Below are positions 34,649 to 43,992 of a DNA stretch of 64,000 nucleotides, piece by piece. Each line of letters opens with the position of its first letter. Within the stretch, counting starts at the first letter, position 1. The translations under genes and the position numbers were made by a program. A model generated the notes under the pieces. It did no database searches. It was not told where the DNA came from and saw only the letters and a program-made list of their open reading frames with translations. The DNA comes from Nitrospirota bacterium (GTDB lineage: Bacteria > Nitrospirota > UBA9217): positions 96,001 through 160,000 of the forward strand of contig CAVUHW010000015.1 in NCBI GenBank assembly GCA_963741205.1. The letters run 5' to 3'.

Positions 34649-35044
34649 ATGTCCAACCTCATTGAAGAATTAAAAAGAGAACACAAGATTATCCTCGATA
34701 TTCTCAGCCAGGTTAGAACTCTGGGAATTTCGTCGAAGTCCGGGCAGGAAAAACTCATTTCAGCGCGAGACCTGTTGATGGCCCATATGGAGAAAGAGGA
34801 TGAACAGTATTATCCCGAGCTGCGAAGGGCGGCAGAGCACAACAGGGATCTGAAGAGAATGTTGGATTACTTCATAAACGACATGGATGCGGTCAGCAAA
34901 AAGGCGGTTCATCTCTTCGACAAGTATGCGTACGGCGGGGATGAAGCTGAATTTGCCGGCGAGATCAAGATGCTTTATATGACGCTGAAAGACAGGATCC
35001 GGATAGAGGAAGAAACTCTTTTTGAGAAATTCAATGCGATCTGA
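34649..35044 (+). CDS. Hemerythrin/HHE-like domain protein
   Basis: LKREH, HMEKED..YYPEL, RIRIEEETLF. Confidence 0.8.
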   Translation: MSNLIEELKREHKIILDILSQVRTLGISSKSGQEKLISARDLLMAHMEKEDEQYYPELRRAAEHNRDLKRMLDYFINDMDAVSKKAVHLFDKYAYGGDEAEFAGEIKMLYMTLKDRIRIEEETLFEKFNAI

Positions 35045-35160
35045 ATTCCCGGGGCCTCTTCAAGCGGTTTGAATAATAATCGAGGACGCGGAAAACCGGG
35101 CGCACACCGGAGAAAAAAATATCCAACGGAATTTCCCCAAATTTATCAGGAGGCCTCTAC

Positions 35161-35595
35161 ATGAATAAGCCGTCCCGCATTGTTCCTTTCATCTTTGGAT
35201 TGGTACTGGGTATCCTGGCCACGATCTTTCTCCCCAACTATGCCCGGCCCTACATCCCCGAATGGCTCATGGGAAAAGAAACCGTGGTCAAAGGTATTGT
35301 TGCGGCAAAGCAGAAGAAGGAGAACGCTCTTCTTTTGACTGTAAATACGCCCGAAGGCGCGCTCTTGGCCGCCTTCAGGAAGAAGGTCGACGAGATCAGC
35401 CTTCTGGTCAACGAAAAAGACGTGATCGAATTTACCCTGCCGAAGTACACGCCCTTCATCGACGACCCGAAGATCATACGGATTGTAAAAGAACAGCAGG
35501 CAGCTCCTGTGCCGCCCCCTGCCATCCAGCCTGCGGAGAAAAGTACGAAGGAAGTAAAACCCCAGCGGCAGGAGAAACCGCAGGACCGGAAGTAA
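35161..35595 (+). CDS. Membrane-anchored hypothetical protein
   Basis: RBS AGGAGG; N-terminal TM helix; beta-rich domain. Confidence 0.75.
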   Translation: MNKPSRIVPFIFGLVLGILATIFLPNYARPYIPEWLMGKETVVKGIVAAKQKKENALLLTVNTPEGALLAAFRKKVDEISLLVNEKDVIEFTLPKYTPFIDDPKIIRIVKEQQAAPVPPPAIQPAEKSTKEVKPQRQEKPQDRK

Positions 35596-35634
35596 GGAGA
35601 AGCCAAGCGATTTGAGCAGGCCGGCGAGACCCTC

Positions 35635-36780
35635 CTACGGATGGCGCTTTTCGCTGTCCGGTTTCGCGCCGGGCATGGTCAACGTCTCATCATAGCCGGT
35701 GATGCGGTTTTTGCCTGTCATTTTGGAACGGTAGAGCGCGACATCGGCTTCATGAATCAGTTCCGTGACGGTCTTTTGGTCCCCCCTGCGCATGGTCGAA
35801 ACCCCGAGGCTCACGGTCAGGACCTCCGACGGATGGGCCGCCTTCAGGCTAAAGGGGAACTCTTCGATCATTCGCCGCACGCGTTCCGCAACCTGCATGG
35901 CCGTATCGAAGCCCGTTTCACCCAGAAGGATCGAGAACTCCTCGCCGCCGTACCGGAAACACGTATCCGTGCTTACCGTCCTGAACGCGTCACGCAGGAG
36001 CGCCCCCAACTGGGCGAGAACCCTGCTTCCCTCCAGGTGGCCATAGCGGTCATTGACACGTTTGAAGTCGTCGATATCGATCATGATGAAAGAAAACACC
36101 CTTCCCGTACGGACCTGTCTGGCGGCCTCTTCGTCGAGCTTCTCCAGAAGCAGGCGGTAGTTGTACAGGCCGGTCAGCTCGTCCTTGCGCGCGAGCTCGA
36201 TCGTTTTTCTCAAGAGCTCCGCCTTCTCGAGGCCGGCGGCGATCGTGTACGACAGCATCCGCAGGATGTCAAGGTCTTCCACGCGGAACGAACCCGGTTT
36301 ACCGCGGCTGAAACCCATGACCCCGACTACGCGGTCGTCGTTCTGGAGTGGTATGCCGATATAACTGCCCGGTTTTTTCGGATCGTCGGGATGATGGATA
36401 AAACTCTCATAGAACATGACGTCGTTCAACAGGAGCGGCTCGCCGTTTGCCGCGATCCAGCCAGGCGCGCCGTTGTCGAAATAGATTGGATGGGACATCT
36501 TGTCCTGCAGCAGGGAACTGGAAAAATAGACCGGCATCAGGCCTGTAAGGTCTTCCTTGACGACATAGACCGATGCTTCATCAAAGCCGACCGTCTTGAG
36601 GATGGAGGAGATGATCTTCTGGATAAGCTCCGAGGGTTCCAGCCTTGAAGCGATGATCCTTCCCACTTCGCAGAACAGATGGATCTCGGCAAGCTTGCTA
36701 TGGAAGAAGAGCTTGAGATCGCGGGCAGGAACGGCTGGGGGAGCCGTTTCCTTCTCGTCGGCAGTTGCTTTCGCCATCAT
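35635..36780 (-). CDS. GAF-GGDEF diguanylate cyclase
   Basis: GAF (YIGIPL..VVGV), DELTGLYN, DIDDFKRVND, RYGGEEF. Confidence 0.93.
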   Translation of the reverse strand: MMAKATADEKETAPPAVPARDLKLFFHSKLAEIHLFCEVGRIIASRLEPSELIQKIISSILKTVGFDEASVYVVKEDLTGLMPVYFSSSLLQDKMSHPIYFDNGAPGWIAANGEPLLLNDVMFYESFIHHPDDPKKPGSYIGIPLQNDDRVVGVMGFSRGKPGSFRVEDLDILRMLSYTIAAGLEKAELLRKTIELARKDELTGLYNYRLLLEKLDEEAARQVRTGRVFSFIMIDIDDFKRVNDRYGHLEGSRVLAQLGALLRDAFRTVSTDTCFRYGGEEFSILLGETGFDTAMQVAERVRRMIEEFPFSLKAAHPSEVLTVSLGVSTMRRGDQKTVTELIHEADVALYRSKMTGKNRITGYDETLTMPGAKPDSEKRHP

Positions 36781-36905
36781 CAGCCTCCCGGTTCGCAGAA
36801 ACTCATGTGAACACGTTTCAATCATACCATATAAATTAGATCAGCACAATTAAAAAGTGGCACGGAAAAAACCCGTGCCCCGGGACCTTCGAATATTTTC
36901 TCCCC

Positions 36906-36933
36906 TTGACAAACGATCTCGACCCTCTATAAT
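36906..36933 (+). promoter_or_regulatory. Near-consensus sigma70 promoter
   Basis: TTGACA-16bp-TATAAT, ending 9 nt before the ATG at 36943. Confidence 0.75.
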
Positions 36934-36942
36934 TTCACGATC

Positions 36943-38467
36943 ATGTCTTCCGATCTTCATGAAACGACACCGCCTTCGCCCCGCGAGGTTCGGACCGTAT
37001 TCGCCGGTCTGATGCTGGCGCTCGCCCTGGCGTCGCTCGACCAGAACATCGTGGGTGTGGCCCTGCCGCGGATCGTCAGTGACCTGGGCGGTCTCCGTCA
37101 TCTCTCGTGGGTCGTTACGTCCTTTCTCGTGACGTCCACGGCCACGACGCCCCTCTACGGGAAACTCTCCGACATGTACGGCAGGAAACCGCTCTTTATC
37201 ATCGCAATCACAATCTTCCTCGCCGGCTCCTGCCTCTGCGGCCTGTCCCGCTCCATGACCGAGCTCGTGGTCTACCGGGGCATCCAGGGCCTGGGCGCGG
37301 GCGGCCTTATGGTGCTCGCCCAGACCACGATCGCGGACCTGGTGGCCCCCCGCGAGCGCGGCCGCTATCAGGGGCTCTTCGGTGCGGTCTTCGCATTCTC
37401 AAGCGTGGCCGGACCGCTTCTGGGAGGGTTCATCACGAGCGCCTTGTCGTGGCGCTGGATCTTCTACGTGAACGTGCCCGTGGGCATTCCGGCCCTGGCC
37501 ATGATCGCCTTCGGGTTCCACCGGCCCCATCACAAGGTCCCGCACCGCATCGATTATACGGCAGTCGCGCTCCTCACTTCTGCCACCGTGGCCCTGCTCC
37601 TGGTCCTCTCCTGGGGCGGCGTGCAGTACCCGTGGTCGTCCCCGCTCATTGTCGGGCTGGCCATGGCGTCCGTCGTGCTCACCGCCCTCCTCATCCGTAC
37701 GGAGCGGCGCTCCGCGGAGCCGGTGCTTTCGCCGCACATCTTCCACAACAGGACCGTGGTGATCGCTTCCGCCGTGATGGGGCTTGCCTTCATGGGGATC
37801 TTCGGCGCGTTCGTGTTCCTGCCCCTCTTCTTCCAGCTCGTCATGGGCATGGACCCGGCGAAGGCCGGGCTCATGCTCGCGCCCATGACCGGCGGAATGA
37901 TCGCGACGTCCTTTATCGGCGGCCGGCTCGTTTCCCGGACCGGCAGGTACAAAATATTCCCCGTCGTCGGCCTGGGCTGCGCCACGCTTTCCTTTATCGC
38001 CGTGATGTGGGCGGCTGCGGCGAACGGCGGCATGGGCGTGATCGAAGCAGCGCTCATCGTCCTCGGCTGCGGCTTCGGCCTGGTCATGCCCAATCTCGTC
38101 GTCGCCCTTCAAAACGCCGTGGGCAGCCGCGAGCTTGGCGCGGCAACAGCGACCGCGGCGTTCTTCAGGCAGCTCGGCGGCACCCTCGGCGTGGCCATGT
38201 CCGGCGCCATCATGACGGCCCGGCTTCAGGGCCTGCACGCGGAAAACTGGACCGGCCCGCTCAAGGGCGGCCGTGCGCTCATGGACCGCGGGATCCAGGA
38301 GATCGCGGCAGCTTCCCGCTGCCCAGCGGGAGATCGTGACCGGGGCCTACCGCCACGCGATCAGCACCACGTTTCTTGTCGGCGCCGTCATCACGGCCCT
38401 GGCCTTCGCGGTCGTGCTCTTCCTCCCCGAGCATCCGCTGAAATCCGGACATTCAGGCGATTCCTGA
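36943..38467 (+). CDS. DHA2 (EmrB/QacA) MFS drug:H+ antiporter (late frameshift)
   Basis: LDQNIV, YGKLSDMYGRK, RGIQGLGAGG, GPLLGG, WRWIFYVN. Confidence 0.93.
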
Positions 38468-38554
38468 GGCCCCGGGTCCGGTTTTGCGGCTTGACATTGT
38501 TCACTCCGGGGAGTTACTGTTGGTTGGCCCAAGGAAGGAGTTTTTTTGACGACC

Positions 38555-39187
38555 ATGCGATCGAACGGTCCGAAAAATAACCGCAAGAAGTCGTGGCCGC
38601 AGCATCGGCGCAGCAGCGTAGAGGTCGACGTTGAGTCGCTCCTGTCGCTGGAGAACCGCTGCAACGGCTGTGCGGGGGGCGAGCGGTGCTGCTGTTCGTC
38701 GTACGAGGTCTGCGTCACCACCGCCGAGCTGAAGAGGATCATCAAGGTCCTGCCCGAGGCGGCCAGGTTCTGCCCTCATCTGCTGACTACGCGGGGATAC
38801 GACAACGTGTTCGAGGAAGAGGAACCCGGGCTTTTTTCCATCGACACGACCGAGGACGGCCTTTGCCTCTTCGCCTACCGGTCCCATCACCGGATCCACT
38901 GCTCCCTGCATACTGTCGCCGTGACGCTCGGCCTTCCCCTGGCCGAGGTGAAGCCGAAGGTCTGCCTGCTCTGGCCCATGCACTTCTCGGAAGGCGATGA
39001 GGTCCTGGCCATGATCAACGATGCATTTCGGTTCACCTGCAACACCAAAAAAGCGCCGGGTTCCCGGAGTCTTTGCCCCGGCTTTGTAGAGGCGATCGAG
39101 TTGGTTTACGGTGAGGGCTGCGGGACCCAGGTGGAGAGCGCGGCGAAGAACGGGGAGCGGCGCACGCTGCTGATTGCGAGGCGGTGA
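38555..39187 (+). CDS. Cys-rich DUF3109/YkgJ-like metal-binding protein
   Basis: CNGC..RCCC..VC, GLCLF, CSLH, KPKVCLLWP. Confidence 0.65.
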   Translation: MRSNGPKNNRKKSWPQHRRSSVEVDVESLLSLENRCNGCAGGERCCCSSYEVCVTTAELKRIIKVLPEAARFCPHLLTTRGYDNVFEEEEPGLFSIDTTEDGLCLFAYRSHHRIHCSLHTVAVTLGLPLAEVKPKVCLLWPMHFSEGDEVLAMINDAFRFTCNTKKAPGSRSLCPGFVEAIELVYGEGCGTQVESAAKNGERRTLLIARR

Positions 39188-39417
39188 GCAGGATTGAGAC
39201 GGGTCCGGTCTCTGCGTGAACCATAAGAGGCCGGTTCCCGTACTTGTTATTTATGCTCGATTAAGTTATAGTCCCTTTACTTGTATCAGAACGCTGACAG
39301 TTCCCCCGCATGAATTGAAGCCTCCCGGAGCAAACTCCGGGAATCTTCGATTCTCAAGGTGAGAAAATTATCGTATTCGCTCACTGCGCTCACTCCAGAA
39401 TTCATGCTGAAAGCATC

Positions 39418-40431
39418 ATGCCGACACTCCGAAAGCCGATTCAGATCCGCGATCTTGTGATCGATCCGCCGCTTTTCCTGGCGCCCATGGCGGGCCTGAC
39501 CCACTCCGCCCTCCGCCAGGTCATGTCCGGCTTTGGCGGGATCGGTCTCCTGTCAACGGAGATGCTCTCGTCAAGGAGCCTGCCCGCTGAAAGTCCCCGG
39601 CTCTCTCCCTACCTGGTCCGGACTGCCGCGGAAAAGCCGCTTTCCTATCAGCTCCTGGTATCCGCGGCCAAAGAGATCGGCCCTGCCCTCGAGGCGCTTC
39701 ATAAACTCGAGGCCGATGCCGTTGATCTGAATCTGGGCTGCCCGGCTCCCACGGTCGCCAAACGTGGCGGGGGCATCAGTCTGATGGAACAGCCGGAGAA
39801 TGTCCGAAGCATCGTGGCCGAGGCGCGGAGACGCACTTCGCTTCCTCTTACGGCAAAGATCCGGCTCGGGACCGACCTGGACGAAGAGAAACTGGAGGGC
39901 TTTTGTTCCCTGCTCGAGGACGAGGGCATCGATATGCTCTCGATCCACGCACGGCTCAAGCATGAGTCCTTTGCCAGAAAGCCGCGATGGGAGCGCATTG
40001 CGGGAATAAAGAAGCGGCTCAAAATCCCCGTTATCGCCAACGGAGGAATCTTCTCGGTGCAGGATGCAAAAGACTGCCTGCGCCTATCGGGCGCCGACGG
40101 TCTCATGCTCGGCCGCGGTGCGGTAATCCGGCCCTGGCTCTTTGCCGGGATCGCCCGCGACGTGTATGGCTTCGCGGTCGCTGATCCGGCGGTGTCGCTG
40201 CCCGCTGTCTACGGGACGTTTATCGATCTTCTGAACGAGCATTTCCGGCCCGAGCACCGTCTGGGCAGGCTGAAGCAGTTCACCCCTTACTTTGCGAAAA
40301 ACTATCAATTCGGACACCACCTGGCGTCAAAGGTCCAGACCAGCATGAGCCTGGACGAAGCACGGGAAAGGGCCGTCATTTTCCTTGCATCACAGCAGGC
40401 CGTGAACACCTCAGGACCAGGTTGCTGTTGA
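39418..40431 (+). CDS. dus: tRNA-dihydrouridine synthase
   Basis: LAPMAG, DLNLGCP, TAKIRLG, IHAR, ANGGI, GLMLGRG. Confidence 0.93.
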   Translation: MPTLRKPIQIRDLVIDPPLFLAPMAGLTHSALRQVMSGFGGIGLLSTEMLSSRSLPAESPRLSPYLVRTAAEKPLSYQLLVSAAKEIGPALEALHKLEADAVDLNLGCPAPTVAKRGGGISLMEQPENVRSIVAEARRRTSLPLTAKIRLGTDLDEEKLEGFCSLLEDEGIDMLSIHARLKHESFARKPRWERIAGIKKRLKIPVIANGGIFSVQDAKDCLRLSGADGLMLGRGAVIRPWLFAGIARDVYGFAVADPAVSLPAVYGTFIDLLNEHFRPEHRLGRLKQFTPYFAKNYQFGHHLASKVQTSMSLDEARERAVIFLASQQAVNTSGPGCC

Positions 40432-40509
40432 TATTCCGGCCTTCCATCATCCAAAGCATTTCTCCATCCTCAAGAGGACATCATTTCGCATAAGGTCAGC
40501 CGCGCCTTC

Positions 40510-41064
40510 CTACGCCGAACTTGACAGGAGCTCTGCGCCTGTCAGGTCTAAATGCACCGTGTCCGCTTCATCAGTCACCCATATCTGTTGCTCTTGTATG
40601 GTGAATTGCAGCTTCATGCCGCGCTTCGCCATCCCGGCAAGCGCAGACAGGGCAGGGGCAGGCAGCGCTGTCACGGTCAGGTTCCCGAAGCGTTCGAGGT
40701 TTTGACGGGTCTGGTCCCACCACGCATCGACGCCGTGGCCGCCGTACGTATAAATGAATACCCGGCCCGCGCGTCCGCACGCTTTGCGGATCCTTTTTTC
40801 ATCAGGCTGGCCCACATCGATCCAGACCCGGATTGCGCCCGTGAGGTCCCTTTGCCAGAGCGAAGGCTCATCCTCGTTTCCGATACTGTCGCCGAAGACC
40901 AGCGCCTCGTCGGCGTGCAGGGCAAAGGCCAAAAGCCGCGCCATCATGCGCTCGTCGTTCTCGGATGGATGGCGGGCGATGGTGAGGCTGTGATCATGAT
41001 AGTAGCCGCGGGACATGTCGGCTATCTGCAGCTCTGCCTTGAATATGGTCGATTTGAGAGCCAT
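40510..41064 (-). CDS. yaeQ: YaeQ family protein
   Basis: MALKSTIFKA, ARHPSENDERMMARLLAF, WIDVGQPDEKR. Confidence 0.95.
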   Translation of the reverse strand: MALKSTIFKAELQIADMSRGYYHDHSLTIARHPSENDERMMARLLAFALHADEALVFGDSIGNEDEPSLWQRDLTGAIRVWIDVGQPDEKRIRKACGRAGRVFIYTYGGHGVDAWWDQTRQNLERFGNLTVTALPAPALSALAGMAKRGMKLQFTIQEQQIWVTDEADTVHLDLTGAELLSSSA

Positions 41065-41157
41065 GGAGTCCTTTCACGAAACGGTTATAATTCCTTGGGC
41101 CGTTGAGAAGCCGTATGAGAGTGCTGCCGGAAAATGCCGGAAGATGAAATATAACGC

Positions 41158-41255
41158 TTGACATTCCAGCGTGAAAAGTGCATTATGATTAAAGAAGTTC
41201 CGGATGTTCTTGTAGGGAAACCGCAAAGACAGATAGACTTTGCGGTATTTTTTTT
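41158..41255 (+). promoter_or_regulatory. csp promoter and leader containing a terminator-like hairpin
   Basis: TTGACA at 41158; ACCGCAAAG/CTTTGCGGT stem (41220-41246) followed by T8. Confidence 0.7.
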
Positions 41256-41300
41256 GTCCTTTTCCGTCGCTTCAATTTCATAAGAAGGAGGTAGCTCATC

Positions 41301-41501
41301 ATGGAGACAGGTACTGTAAAGTGGTTCAATGATGCCAAAGGTTTCGGCTTCATTACCCGTGAAAAAGGCGGCGATGTGTTCGTTCATTTCGGCGACATTC
41401 AGGACAGCGGCTTCAAGTCGTTGGCTGAAGGCCAGCAAGTGCAGTTCGACGTTGTCGACTCACCCAAGGGCCCCAAGGCATCCAATGTCGTAAAGCTCTA
41501 A
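41301..41501 (+). CDS. cspA: Cold-shock protein
   Basis: GTVKWFN..KGFGFI (RNP1), VFVHF (RNP2). Confidence 0.97.
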   Translation: METGTVKWFNDAKGFGFITREKGGDVFVHFGDIQDSGFKSLAEGQQVQFDVVDSPKGPKASNVVKL

Positions 41502-41520
41502 GCAAAAGCTTAATCCTTTG

Positions 41521-41554
41521 AAACTGGCTCTGATTATTCAGCGCCAGTTTTTTT
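41521..41554 (+). terminator. Intrinsic terminator after csp
   Basis: AAACTGGC...GCCAGTTTTTTT. Confidence 0.75.
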
Positions 41555-41695
41555 ATTTTTTCCCGCTGTCCTTCTATCCGGAAACATCCGCCGCCCTCAG
41601 CGGCTTTTTTCTTTCTCTTTCGACAAACACCTGTTGCTATTCCGTCGGTAAAGTGCGATTATATTGTATAGTTGGTCGCAAGGATTGAACCAGGT

Positions 41696-41740
41696 AAAGC
41701 CACAAGGCTCGGCGTCTTTGTGGCTTTTGTATTTTTATTT
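41696..41740 (+). promoter_or_regulatory. Second leader hairpin plus U-tract, similar to the csp leader hairpin
   Basis: AAAGCCACAAGG/CTTTGTGGCTTT 12-bp stem then TGTATTTTTATTT, about 30 nt before the ATG at 41768. Confidence 0.65.
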
Positions 41741-41767
41741 CAACGAAGGCGATTCCGGAGGAGAGCG

Positions 41768-42148
41768 ATGCGCTACAGACAGAACTATAAGGAAAAGCTG
41801 CGACAGGATATGGCCGCCAAGGTCGCTTCCGGCCTGGTATCAGAGCATTATACGGGGGTTTCGAACATCGAACTCCGCATGACCTACTACCACCGCAGCC
41901 TGAACCCGGTTCTCATGGAGCGTACGCTCAGTTTTTTACCTGCCAGCTACGCGATTTTTCACCTGAAATGCATGCATGATGGGTGCGCGGACGGCGGCTA
42001 CGATCTTGCTCCGGTCGTTGCAGCAATGGTGAAAGCCGGCAAGAAGTCTACCAATGGAAAGATCTTTTGTCACGGAACGAATGATACCGTGGGCCATGCG
42101 AGTATCGCCTACGAAGTCAGCATTCGGTACCGCAGGCAGGTTGAATAG
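41768..42148 (+). CDS. Hypothetical protein, possibly Zn-binding (C-x4-C...C...H)
   Basis: RBS GGAGGAG; KCMHDGCADGGYDL...FCHG...GH. Confidence 0.75.
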   Translation: MRYRQNYKEKLRQDMAAKVASGLVSEHYTGVSNIELRMTYYHRSLNPVLMERTLSFLPASYAIFHLKCMHDGCADGGYDLAPVVAAMVKAGKKSTNGKIFCHGTNDTVGHASIAYEVSIRYRRQVE

Positions 42149-42223
42149 CGTTCTTCCCGATCTTGCATCCTCCTCGGCCCGGCAAAGATTGTTTGCAGTG
42201 CGTCGTAGGAAACCATAACGATG

Positions 42224-42286
42224 TTACTTCTTTTTGCTCTTCGGTTTTTTTACTTCCTTTTTTGCGCCTTGCCGTGAAGCTGCCAT
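42224..42286 (-). CDS. 20-aa Lys-rich microprotein MAASRQGAKKEVKKPKSKKK
   Basis: Full SD AAGGAGGTGA at 42294-42303, ATG at 42286, TAA at 42224. Confidence 0.65.
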   Translation of the reverse strand: MAASRQGAKKEVKKPKSKKK

Positions 42287-42330
42287 GCCCCCATCACCTC
42301 CTTTTGCGAGAGTCCCTGCTGATTCCCGCG

Positions 42331-42495
42331 TCAGACGACGTTTATAGTGTCCTGCCCGTCTTCGGCGCGCGGGGTCTGATCCTCAGCAGGCTTCAGTGAA
42401 TTTTTATCAAGTTTGCGCTGCCTTTTTTCCTCGTTCTTCTTTTGCTTCGCAAGTTCCTTCTGACGCTTTTGGAAATTAAAGTTCGGTTTTCCCAA
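42331..42495 (-). CDS. 54-aa basic small protein MGKPNFNFQKRQKELAKQKKNEEKRQRKLDK...
   Basis: SD AGGAGGT at 42501-42507 with a TTG start. Resembles, from recall, the small KPNYxFEKRQ(K/R)EL proteins found near csp genes. Confidence 0.75.
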   Translation of the reverse strand: MGKPNFNFQKRQKELAKQKKNEEKRQRKLDKNSLKPAEDQTPRAEDGQDTINVV

Positions 42496-42524
42496 TGGAT
42501 ACCTCCTGAGGAAGAAAAGTACGT

Positions 42525-42712
42525 ACTGAGCCGGGCCTTGATGAGGGGTGGCCGGCCACTTCGGCTCTGGCTGGGCTCCTGAGGCACGGCCAGACGAAAG
42601 GGGCGGCTACAGATAGTCCGGACCTGAAGCGGCAGCAACCGTCTCTCTACGCTGCCTCAACGGATCTTTCGAGGCAACGGCCGTCACTTGCTTTCCGGGT
42701 TAGGTCCGGATA
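42525..42712 (-). ncRNA. Candidate structured RNA or long leader (unnamed)
   Basis: Perfect 9-bp closing stem TCCGGACCT/AGGTCCGGA (42617-25 with 42702-10) enclosing nested helices, plus TCTGGC/GCCAGA and GAGCCG/CGGCTC stems. Confidence 0.45.
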
Positions 42713-42798
42713 TTGATGCGATTTTATTGAACGGAGCGATCATGTCCACGGCGGGCGGTTCATTTGAGCCCCCCGATCGAACGCCCCGCTATTTGGGA

Positions 42799-43050
42799 TC
42801 AGGTTGTTCGGTGCGGCGGGCGCGCCGCATCGCCGCTTGCCGGCCTCGGCGACGAGCCACCCGGGCGCGATCGCTTGAGAAGCTTCCGTTTCCGCTTCTG
42901 CGCCTCCAACTGCTTCCTCTTTTTTTTCACCGAGGGCTTTTCGTAAAAGCGCCGCTTCTTCAGCTCCCCAAATACCCCGTCCAGCTGAAGTTTCTTTTTC
43001 AGGAACCGCAGCGCCTTTTCGATGTCCTGGGACTGGACCCTTACCTCCAC
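42799..43050 (-). CDS. rpsU: Ribosomal protein bS21 with C-terminal extension
   Basis: DIEKALRFLKKK...ELKKRRFYEKPS. Confidence 0.92.
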   Translation of the reverse strand: MEVRVQSQDIEKALRFLKKKLQLDGVFGELKKRRFYEKPSVKKKRKQLEAQKRKRKLLKRSRPGGSSPRPASGDAARPPHRTT

Positions 43051-43382
43051 GACCGGCCCCCTCCGCCGCCGTATCCGCCGCCGCGATTACCGCCTCTGCC
43101 ACCGCCGCCGCCGGACCCGGAGCGCCCGCCCTCTGTCTTCGGCCGGGCTTCGTTCACGGTGATCGTACGCTCCATGAACGATGTGCCGTTCATCGTTGCG
43201 ATCGCCTTGGCCGCATCCTCGTCCGACGCCATCTCCACGAAACCGAACCCCTTGGACCTGCCGTTCGTCTGATCGACGATCAGCGTAGCGGACAGGACCT
43301 CGCCGATCTTCGAAAATGCCTCGCGCAAATCCTCCTCGTGGGTGTTGTACGACAGATTGCCTACATACAGTTTCTTCGCCAT
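43041..43382 (-). CDS. RRM RNA-binding protein with Gly-rich tail
   Basis: KLYVGNL (RNP2), RSKGFGFVEM (RNP1), VNEARP. Confidence 0.96.
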   Translation of the reverse strand: MAKKLYVGNLSYNTHEEDLREAFSKIGEVLSATLIVDQTNGRSKGFGFVEMASDEDAAKAIATMNGTSFMERTITVNEARPKTEGGRSGSGGGGGRGGNRGGGYGGGGGRSWR

Positions 43383-43992
43383 GTTACCTCCTGTGTGATT
43401 TCAATTTCGCGCTGACGGTCGTCCCGCACAGCGCGTTTACTTCCTCCGCCGGGTCGCGCAGCGTCCCCCCTCTCATTATAAGGGGAGTGCAGGCCTGCGT
43501 GCGTTACCTGCCGCAGCCGCATCGTTCGCCAACCGTGCATGCCGTCGCTTTTTTTGAAGGTGCGAAAAGGTGAGAGCAGGAGGAGTCAGTGATCGATGAT
43601 AAGGCGCGGACGACAGCTCGTTCCAAAAAACGAGTGTTCCTTGCACCGCTAATGGTGTATAGGTACATTATACCTATTTTGGCGGCAGTTGCAAGGGTTT
43701 TCCGATGGACAAGGCCAAGCGGAATTTGGAATGCGAATTTTATCGCAAAAGACAGCGTGTACGGACCTCCTCGCCAGCCTAGTTTCCAATCTTCTTGATA
43801 ATAAACGGGCCGTGTATTATAATTGTTCGCAATCAACCCGCGAAAAAGCCGCCTTCCTCGCAGCGTGACAGGGCCTGGAGCGGGATCCCGAAAGACACCG
43901 CAGGAAAATATATTGCCCCCGTTGCGTCGTTCAAGAATCCGAAGTTGATACGCGGCCGCATGGCGGGAAGAATCTAATGTACGGAGAATAAC

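Noticed and set aside
42605-42630. SRP RNA suggested by CAGGTCCGGA on the minus strand
   Set aside because: It lacks the following AGGAAGCAG of the SRP domain IV motif.
43400-43990. Short ORFs between the RRM gene and the histidine kinase
   Set aside because: They have no recognisable motifs; the region fits a divergent promoter interval.
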